64,000 nucleotides of DNA. Source: an uncultured Candidatus Saccharibacteria bacterium. Its GTDB lineage: Bacteria > Patescibacteriota > Saccharimonadia > CAILAD01 > CAZGYV01. The notes beneath the pieces are model-generated. The model was not told the origin of the DNA. It did not search any database and saw only the letters and a list, made by a program, of their open reading frames with translations. The stretch covers positions 26,046 through 90,045 of the forward strand of contig CAZGYV010000002.1 in NCBI GenBank assembly GCA_964530725.1. The letters are read 5' to 3'. The number at the start of each line of letters is the position of its first letter. The stretch's first letter is position 1. This document shows, in pieces, positions 9,886 to 16,654 of the stretch. The translations under genes and the position numbers were made by a program.

Positions 9886-10152
9886 TTAACGTCGAAGTGA
9901 AAGTTTCTTAATGATAGCCTGATACCGCTGATCATTCTTTTTCTGTAGGTAATCCAAAAGCCGGCGACGCTTACTGACCATCGCGAGAAGGCCGCGACGA
10001 CTGTGGTTATCACCCTTGTGACTTTTGAGATGTTCGGTCAACTGCTTAATTTTCTCAGTAAAAATTGCAATCTGAACCTCAGGCGAACCAGTATCTTTAG
10101 TGTGCTGGCTGTTACCTTTGATAATCTTTGATTTAGCGGTTTTTTCTATCAT
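9886..10152 (-). CDS. rpsO: 30S ribosomal protein S15
   Basis: [30 protein letters not shown]. Confidence 0.99.
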   Translation of the reverse strand: MIEKTAKSKIIKGNSQHTKDTGSPEVQIAIFTEKIKQLTEHLKSHKGDNHSRRGLLAMVSKRRRLLDYLQKKNDQRYQAIIKKLSLRR

Positions 10153-10184
10153 ATAACTCCTACACTTTAGCAGATTTTCGCTTA

Positions 10185-10829
10185 TTAATCAAGCTGGGTG
10201 GCCTGCTCTATCCTGTACTCACCGATTTGCGTCCGTTTTAACGCCGTCATGTACGCCCCCGTCGCCAATGCGCGTCCGATGTCTTCGACGAGACTGCGAA
10301 TATAGGTGCCGCTTGAAACTTTAGTGGTAAATTTAATGATCGGGTAATCATAAATCACTTCGTCAATCGAGTAAATCTTCACCTCCCTGGCCTTGAGCTC
10401 GGGCATCTTGCCTTGACGAGCCAGCTTGTAAGCTCGCACACCATCGACCTTGATAGCCGAATAGACCGGTGGGATCTGCTCGATCGTGCCAACGAAGCTG
10501 GCCAGCGTTTTGCGAACGTCCGCCGATGATGGCCGCGCATCTGAGACCTGACTGATAGACCCTTCCGAATCGCCGGTCGTACTAGCCTCACCCAGCCGTA
10601 GCTCGACTTCATAAACCTTGTCTTTTTTAATAAATTCATCTGCCCGCTTCGTCCATGCCTTGCCGGCCAAAAGAATCATCAAGCCACTAGCTAGCGGATC
10701 GAGCGTGCCTGTGTGGCCGACTTTTCTAATACCAGTCACTTTGCGCAAACGCGACACCATGGCAAAAGAGCTCACACCGACTGGCTTATCAACTAGCCAC
10801 AAACCCTCTTTTTCTCCTGCCGGCCGCAT
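10185..10829 (-). CDS. truB: tRNA pseudouridine(55) synthase, short form without PUA domain
   Basis: [37 protein letters not shown]. Confidence 0.97.
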   Translation of the reverse strand: MRPAGEKEGLWLVDKPVGVSSFAMVSRLRKVTGIRKVGHTGTLDPLASGLMILLAGKAWTKRADEFIKKDKVYEVELRLGEASTTGDSEGSISQVSDARPSSADVRKTLASFVGTIEQIPPVYSAIKVDGVRAYKLARQGKMPELKAREVKIYSIDEVIYDYPIIKFTTKVSSGTYIRSLVEDIGRALATGAYMTALKRTQIGEYRIEQATQLD

Positions 10830-11807
10830 TTAACCTCGCATGGAAGCTAGTGGTGTCTGTGGCATCGAGGGCTCTAAGTGGACTGGCGCGTTAGCGGACA
10901 GAGCGCTCGAGTTCACCGGTCGCGCCGTTGATTCTGCCGGCAAATGGTCCGATGGATTTACCTGATTCGAGACCTGTTGAGGACCGTTCAATCGTGCCGG
11001 TGGGTGGTTTATGGGCTTTTTTTTTGACCTCGAGTCGGCCTGACCATGCCCATTCTCAGATGAATAAAGCACTTTGACAATTTCTTGCTGCTTAGCGCCA
11101 GCTGCCATTAGCTGAGCTGCTACCGTCATCGCCTTGGGGGTCGTGTTGGGCGCGCTGAAGCGATTGGTGCTGGCCATAATGCCGGCTAGCATCGCCGTCG
11201 CGATGTGGGCGTCAATCAAGCCCTGGCCAAGAGATTCGGTGATCGAGACGAGTATTTCCGCAACACTAGCAGCCGACTGATCGACCAAGTTAACCGAGCC
11301 GTAGCTGTCATTAATACGATGGTAATCAATATTGATTAAATGAATGCCATCAAAGATCGTCGGATTAGCTTCGTGCAAGCGATCAAGCTTAGTCAGGCTC
11401 GGTACGCCGATCGCGATAACGAGGTCAAACTGATAAGCCCCGTAGCCATAGCTGGCGTCTTGAGCGGTAAAATTGCCTTGGTGTGGCGTCACCACGATAT
11501 TGAGCTTACCGTCCTCGATCGTGTATTTGAGCTTATCGACCGTTACCTTGCTCATATCAAGGCTGATTATAAAATCGCGCACCCCATCAAGACCCTGACT
11601 AATCTTGGTAGTATCAAGGATCGGAGCGATTTTAGGCAAGCTATCGCTCACGATCGCGTAGGCGTTCTTGCCCAGCTTAGTCAAAATCGCCTGCATGGCG
11701 ACTAGGCTGGCAAGCTGATCATTATTAGGTTCGCGGCCAGTCACGAGCAAAATCGTGCTGGCTTGGCGAATTAATTCTGTAACCTGTTGTTTAGGTGTTA
11801 ATTCCAT
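10830..11807 (-). CDS. DHH/NrnA-like phosphoesterase homolog with degenerate motifs
   Basis: NrnA-like layout upstream of truB (INIDYH, N..YG.VN, ATAMLAGI..ST.RF) but metal ligands are changed. Confidence 0.75.
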   Translation of the reverse strand: MELTPKQQVTELIRQASTILLVTGREPNNDQLASLVAMQAILTKLGKNAYAIVSDSLPKIAPILDTTKISQGLDGVRDFIISLDMSKVTVDKLKYTIEDGKLNIVVTPHQGNFTAQDASYGYGAYQFDLVIAIGVPSLTKLDRLHEANPTIFDGIHLINIDYHRINDSYGSVNLVDQSAASVAEILVSITESLGQGLIDAHIATAMLAGIMASTNRFSAPNTTPKAMTVAAQLMAAGAKQQEIVKVLYSSENGHGQADSRSKKKPINHPPARLNGPQQVSNQVNPSDHLPAESTARPVNSSALSANAPVHLEPSMPQTPLASMRG

Positions 11808-11882
11808 AGTTTTTTAAAATAGACAATGGGTGATTGTATCAAAAGATAAGCATTTTGTCAAGTAGGGATAGTGGTTATGTTA

Positions 11883-11927
11883 AAAGAAAAAGCCCATCTT
11901 GAGGGCTAAAAACCTTCAAAATGGACT
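11883..11927 (-). terminator. intrinsic terminator of the candidate ncRNA
   Basis: Minus strand AGTCCATTTTGAAGG/CCCTCAAGATGGGCT stem followed by TTTTCTTT. Confidence 0.75.
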
Positions 11928-12491
11928 CAGGTGGAGTGGAAGCGGAGGGCATCAAACCTAGATGTAGGCAGGTGACGCCCTCGACGCTTCCTTCGGGCTT
12001 ACACCTCAATGCGCAAGCGCACTGAAACCCAGGAGAGAACCTCGATCTCGGACGAGGACCCCCCTTGTCTCACCAGCGATTACCAGGCACTAGTGAGATC
12101 TTACAAGAGGAGGTGGCTGCCGGAGCTTGAAAGCCCGACCCTAAAGCTTAAGCTCTAGCTCCGGCAGCCGAATCGCGCAGACTGGCGACCCTCCTCTTGG
12201 CTCTTAAGCCACCCTTGCGCAGCTACTGCCAGTGAGGCGATGATTCGCAAGCTCACCAACAGCCCACCCGCGCAAAACTCAAGAGCCTTCCTCTTACTCA
12301 GCGTCTTCCAAGGAAGGGGCAGAGCAAGGAAACCTGGCGAGGACCCCATGACTGGGAGGAAACAGGGTCCTCGCCTACAGACTTCTCCCTGGCTACGGCG
12401 ATGCGGATCGCCGCGGCGACGGGGCTGGGAGTATCCTTATGTATGAGAGAAGTCTGGCGGCTCTCCTGTCCACTAGGGAGCAGGAGAGAGT
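11883..12491 (-). ncRNA. candidate large structured ncRNA (~610 nt), class unknown
   Basis: Own promoter and terminator; many 10-13 bp stems; A-C mismatches on plus become G-U on minus; no credible ORF. Confidence 0.7.
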
Positions 12492-12497
12492 GCCGCT

Positions 12498-12526
12498 ATA
12501 ATACACCCGAAACCAAGACGAGTCAA
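12498..12526 (-). promoter_or_regulatory. sigma70-type promoter
   Basis: TTGACT-17 bp-TATTAT on the minus strand. Confidence 0.75.
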
Positions 12527-12648
12527 TAGTTTTCTCGGTTTTATATCTAGAGTAAATTAGTCTGCCTTGAGCACTTAAGCTATTTACAAATCATTCATTT
12601 TCCGCTAAGATAGCCTTTGATCTAAAAAACAGGTAAAAGTAGTAAGTT

Positions 12649-13035
12649 ATGCCAATTATCAAATCTGCTATCAAAAGAGACCGGCAGCAAAAAAAGCGCC
12701 GCGATCGCAATATAATGATCAAGACCGGCGTCAAGATCAAGCAAAAAGCTGCTCGAAGCGCCATCGCCGATGATCCTAAAAAAGCGCAGGACGCGCTGAT
12801 TGCTGCTATTGCCGAAATTGACCGCGCGGTCAAAAAAGGCGCTCTGCACAAAAATACCGGCTCCCGTCGGAAAAGCCGCCTCACCCTAGCCTACAACAAA
12901 GCCGCCGAGAAACCTTTTGGCAGCGGCAAAGCTACTGCTGCCAAAAAGCCCGCAGTTGCCAAAAAAGCTACGGCCAAAAAGCCGGTAGCTAAGAAGCCAG
13001 CTACCAAAACCGCCGCCAAGAAAACGACTAAGTAA
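12649..13035 (+). CDS. rpsT: 30S ribosomal protein S20 with Lys/Ala-rich C-terminal tail
   Basis: MPIIKSAIKR...IDRAVKKGALHKNTGSRRKSRL, then AKKP repeats. Confidence 0.97.
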   Translation: MPIIKSAIKRDRQQKKRRDRNIMIKTGVKIKQKAARSAIADDPKKAQDALIAAIAEIDRAVKKGALHKNTGSRRKSRLTLAYNKAAEKPFGSGKATAAKKPAVAKKATAKKPVAKKPATKTAAKKTTK

Positions 13036-13187
13036 GTTTCAACTAAAAAAGCCGCCAAATCAGCGGACAAAAATAATATTTAAGACCGCCTAAATTAAGA
13101 GTCGCCTTCGAAGCTCCCCTTTTGGGGGTCTTTTTAGTATAAGATAGATTCTGAAACAAGTTCAGAATGACAGAATTTAAGAGCGGT

Positions 13188-14108
13188 TTAATTAGCCAAT
13201 TGATACATCAGATCTTCCAGCGCTACCTGGCTGCTCTTGGCGCCGGATTTGATCGCAAAATCAGCCTCGACTATCAGGCGATAAGCACGCTCAATATCGG
13301 ATTTATCAACCCGTTTGGCTGCGGCGGCGGCTTTTTGAGCGGCAAAAGGCGCGACACCAAACTCACTCGCCCAAGCTGTGCCGCTATTATCATAGGCCAA
13401 GGCCAGATTGCGCCAGTACCAATTGAGCATCGCCAATATCTGCTGATCAGCCACGCCGTCGCGGATCAATTTATAATACAAATCAAAAGCCTTGGGCAGG
13501 TTTTGATCGGCCACCGCGTCTACCAACATAAAGATCGTTTGATTGGTGTTGGGCAAGGCCAGCAAATTAATCGACTCACCCGTGATCACACGATCATAAT
13601 TGAGCAATTTGATTATTTCTTGCTCAAGCTGCCACTGATCAGCACCAATCCACTCACAAAGCTGCTTAGCTGTTGCTGAATCTATCTGGCCGCCCCGCTT
13701 TTTGACCTCACTAACCACCCAGCGCGCCACCTCATCCGGCGACAGAGATTTGAATTGATGGACGTTGCGAGCCGGCAATTTGGCAAGGGTTTTAAAAAGC
13801 TTGCTGCGACGATCAATTTGTCGCTCTTCGATCACCATCACAGTTGACTGTGGTACACTTTTGAGCAATTGCTCGATTTTGTCCATTTTCGTAGCATGCC
13901 GGCCAATGCCGCGCACGATTATCAGCCGACTCGAAGCGAAAAGCGGCACAATCGCGACTGCGCGCAGCAGGTCATCGAGCGTTTTTTCGCCCAGATCAAA
14001 TACTTCCAGGCTCATATCACCGCCTGATTTTTTTACGTAGTGCTCACGCAGCCGTTCGACTTCACGACGCATCGCGAAATCATTGTCGCCATAGAAAAAT
14101 AAAATCAT
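13188..14108 (-). CDS. holA: DNA polymerase III delta subunit
   Basis: MILFFYGDNDF, PLFASSRLIIV, D.WQLEQEIIKL, EADFAIKSG; start moved to ATG 14108. Confidence 0.92.
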   Translation of the reverse strand: MILFFYGDNDFAMRREVERLREHYVKKSGGDMSLEVFDLGEKTLDDLLRAVAIVPLFASSRLIIVRGIGRHATKMDKIEQLLKSVPQSTVMVIEERQIDRRSKLFKTLAKLPARNVHQFKSLSPDEVARWVVSEVKKRGGQIDSATAKQLCEWIGADQWQLEQEIIKLLNYDRVITGESINLLALPNTNQTIFMLVDAVADQNLPKAFDLYYKLIRDGVADQQILAMLNWYWRNLALAYDNSGTAWASEFGVAPFAAQKAAAAAKRVDKSDIERAYRLIVEADFAIKSGAKSSQVALEDLMYQLAN

Positions 14109-14215
14109 AGGTCTATAGTATACGGAAAACCAGCTCACTCTCAAAATCCAGATTGACAGGAATAAATTTTACTATACAATTCTCCCTATCGTGACTGGCC
14201 GCTCAAGGAGGGATC

Positions 14216-14590
14216 ATGCCAGAGCCGAAGTACATCACCAGGCAGCGAGAGAGTGACGAAAAAGCCGAAAAAAGTGCGCGGAAGTACCGGAGCAAATCTA
14301 TCAGGAGAGAAGTGGGCCAGAAGCTGGGAGCTGAAGTTCAGTTCTGTGACGACACAAATCGCGCTTTTTACCTCGTCGACAGACAGGGTGAAAGACTACT
14401 TCCAGTCCCATGCGTGATAGCGTATGAGGACTTAGATCATCCAAATATTTTTGGCAAGAAGGTTCGTGTCGCTCGCATAATACCCATTGCGCGGGGAGAT
14501 CTTCAAGGCTCAGAGCTAAAAACGCCCACAGACGTGGTAGAATTTTACGACGCGCTCCAGAAAACACAGATCGAGACCGAGGAGCACTGA
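14216..14590 (+). CDS. hypothetical protein (paralog of the next gene)
   Basis: SD AAGGAGG; promoter TTGACA-16-TACAAT at 14153-14180; motif FYLVDRQGERLLPVPC. Confidence 0.75.
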   Translation: MPEPKYITRQRESDEKAEKSARKYRSKSIRREVGQKLGAEVQFCDDTNRAFYLVDRQGERLLPVPCVIAYEDLDHPNIFGKKVRVARIIPIARGDLQGSELKTPTDVVEFYDALQKTQIETEEH

Positions 14591-14946
14591 TGACATCTAG
14601 GTATATCCGGAAACTCCGCAAACGGGCCATCAGGCAGCAGCGCTTAGAAGAGAGAGAGGATTCCGGTGGTCTCTACGGCGATGCAGCAATCAGACGCGAT
14701 ATCAAACACAGGTATGGTCTAAGTCTACTGCGCCTAGGCGGTAAAGGCTCTAGATTTTACCTATTCGACAAGGCGGGCGAGATGGTGCTGCCTTACAGAT
14801 GCGAATTAGTGTGCGTCGGTCAACCAATCATCGCCTATATGGGATTTGGTACCGGCGTAGAATTGCTTCATTCTAGACGTGACATCTTGCGCTTGCATGA
14901 CGATAACAGAGATTATTTGCGAGCAGAAAACTACTACGTCCCCTGA
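14590..14946 (+). CDS. hypothetical protein (paralog of the previous gene)
   Basis: TGATG stop/start coupling; SD GAGGAG; motif FYLFDKAGEMVLPYRC. Confidence 0.75.
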   Translation: MTSRYIRKLRKRAIRQQRLEEREDSGGLYGDAAIRRDIKHRYGLSLLRLGGKGSRFYLFDKAGEMVLPYRCELVCVGQPIIAYMGFGTGVELLHSRRDILRLHDDNRDYLRAENYYVP

Positions 14947-14980
14947 GTCTTATGAGGCCAAACTCTACACACCCCGTAGT

Positions 14981-15874
14981 CTAACGATTACGGGGTGTTT
15001 TCTTTGGCGGCTTTTGGCAGCGAGGACAAATATGGGTGCCGCGCCCGGCGACACGGGTTTTGACGATATCTGTGCCGCAATCTGGACACGGCTGGCCTTC
15101 GCGGCGAAAAACCCGGGCGAATTTCAGATAGCTGCCTTTGTAGCCCTCAGCGTCAACGTAATTGCGATCGCTCGAGCCGCCGTGCTCGAGACTGATTCGC
15201 AGACTATCGATGATGGCTTGGTGCAAGCGCCGGAGTTTGAGCGGGCTAACATCTGCTACTTTTGTCTCGGGGTGAATGCGGGCCGCGTGCAGGCTCTCGT
15301 CGGCGTAAATATTGCCAACGCCGGCTAGGACCGATTGATCGAGAATAGCCGCTTTGATGCTGGTGCGCTTTCGCCTACTTAAACGGCGACGGAATTCTTC
15401 GAAAGTAAAATCGGCCTCGAGGGGCTCCGGCCCGACGCGCTGGAAAAAATCCAGCTCAGGTATTTTTTCGTCTGGCAAAAGCTTCGCCCAGCCAAACTTA
15501 CGCTGGTCGTTGAAGTAGAGCTTGCCGCGCTCAAGCGTAAAGGTCACTCGAGTCGATCGATCGGGCAGGCTGCCGATCAGCGAATCAGTCGGGTGGCCGC
15601 CGCCCCAGCCGCGGCCGGTGTTGGGCCGGTAGACGAGCTGGCCGGTCATCTTGAGGTGGACCAGCAGTGTGTATCCGGTCGAGAGACGGATCAGCAGCAC
15701 TTTGGCACGCCGATCAACGCTTTCGATCCGCGCGCCAATCAACTGCTGCCGAACCAACTCCTGGCTATTGGGAAAAGATTTTGGATTGTCAAAATCCACC
15801 CCCAAGACCTTTTGACCAGGCAAATAGCGCGCCAGGCCAAGCCTAACTGTTTCGACTTCTGGTAGTTCTGGCAT
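14981..15874 (-). CDS. mutM: formamidopyrimidine-DNA glycosylase
   Basis: MPELPEVE, HLKMTG, GVGNIYADE, C-terminal CxxC...CxxCQ zinc finger. Confidence 0.98.
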   Translation of the reverse strand: MPELPEVETVRLGLARYLPGQKVLGVDFDNPKSFPNSQELVRQQLIGARIESVDRRAKVLLIRLSTGYTLLVHLKMTGQLVYRPNTGRGWGGGHPTDSLIGSLPDRSTRVTFTLERGKLYFNDQRKFGWAKLLPDEKIPELDFFQRVGPEPLEADFTFEEFRRRLSRRKRTSIKAAILDQSVLAGVGNIYADESLHAARIHPETKVADVSPLKLRRLHQAIIDSLRISLEHGGSSDRNYVDAEGYKGSYLKFARVFRREGQPCPDCGTDIVKTRVAGRGTHICPRCQKPPKKTPRNR

Positions 15875-16002
15875 ACGAGTATTATAGCAAGCCAGCCACG
15901 CGATCGTCTCGAGCCTCTCAACACGACAAACGTCTTGACTTTTTATTGTATTTATAGTAGAATAATCGTCGGTTCATTTTAGAACGCACCTTTACTTAAA
16001 TA

Positions 16003-16068
16003 GCGGGTAGATAGATGTGTCGCTTTCCCCCCTTTTGCGACTCATCTATCTACCCGTTTTATTTTTTG
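16003..16068 (+). terminator. long terminator-like hairpin
   Basis: GCGGGTAGATAGATGTGTCGC/GCGACTCATCTATCTACCCGT stem followed by a T tract. Confidence 0.7.
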
Positions 16069-16164
16069 CACTTACTTTTTCTCGAAAACGCTTTTCCTTG
16101 ACGTGTCGGACGAGATGGCTATACAATATTGCCTCGAGCCGCGAAAACCCAGAGCGGAGGCAAA

Positions 16165-16569
16165 ATGGACGGCATACTCGATGGTGAGTTTACACAGCCC
16201 AAGCCCAACCGGCGCGACAAAAAGCTGGCAGCGCGAGCCCAACGCTCGCTGACCGAAGAAAACGCTGCCAAGCGTAACAGCCTTGTAAAGCTGTACATTG
16301 TCGTTGGCACCCTGATGGCAGTAATTATACTGGCCGCCGGACTGGACTGGTACATCAACGTTGAGCAACAGAAATCCTACCGTGACGGCCAGAACCACCC
16401 CAACGAACGTGTCACCCAGGAGATCTGCACGGAGGCATACAGCGTGGGCGTCGCCGGGCGCGACGAACCAACCGCGGTCGCCGGCACGCGCGGCAACAAC
16501 CTTCGGACGACCGGCGAGTGGTGCGACTACTCCAACATCCCACCGCCCTCAACCACCAAAGCTAAATGA
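16165..16569 (+). CDS. hypothetical single-TM protein
   Basis: SD GGAGG before ATG 16165; one TM helix; small two-Cys extracellular domain. Confidence 0.7.
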   Translation: MDGILDGEFTQPKPNRRDKKLAARAQRSLTEENAAKRNSLVKLYIVVGTLMAVIILAAGLDWYINVEQQKSYRDGQNHPNERVTQEICTEAYSVGVAGRDEPTAVAGTRGNNLRTTGEWCDYSNIPPPSTTKAK

Positions 16570-16654
16570 ATACTCAGAAGGCAAGCGCCTTCGGGCTACA
16601 AACCACCCCATCGCTCCCTACCAGAGTCCTTGGGGTGGTTTTCTTTTGCACCCC

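Noticed and set aside
12155-12446. 64-aa and 68-aa ORFs within the structured region
   Set aside because: No SD, start codons sit within a stable hairpin or lack a matching promoter, and pairing explains the sequence better.
11883-12491. RNase P RNA, tmRNA or intron identity
   Set aside because: No GAGGAAAGUCC/P4 pairing, tRNA-like ends, or group I/II core motifs found by eye; a covariance search is still needed.
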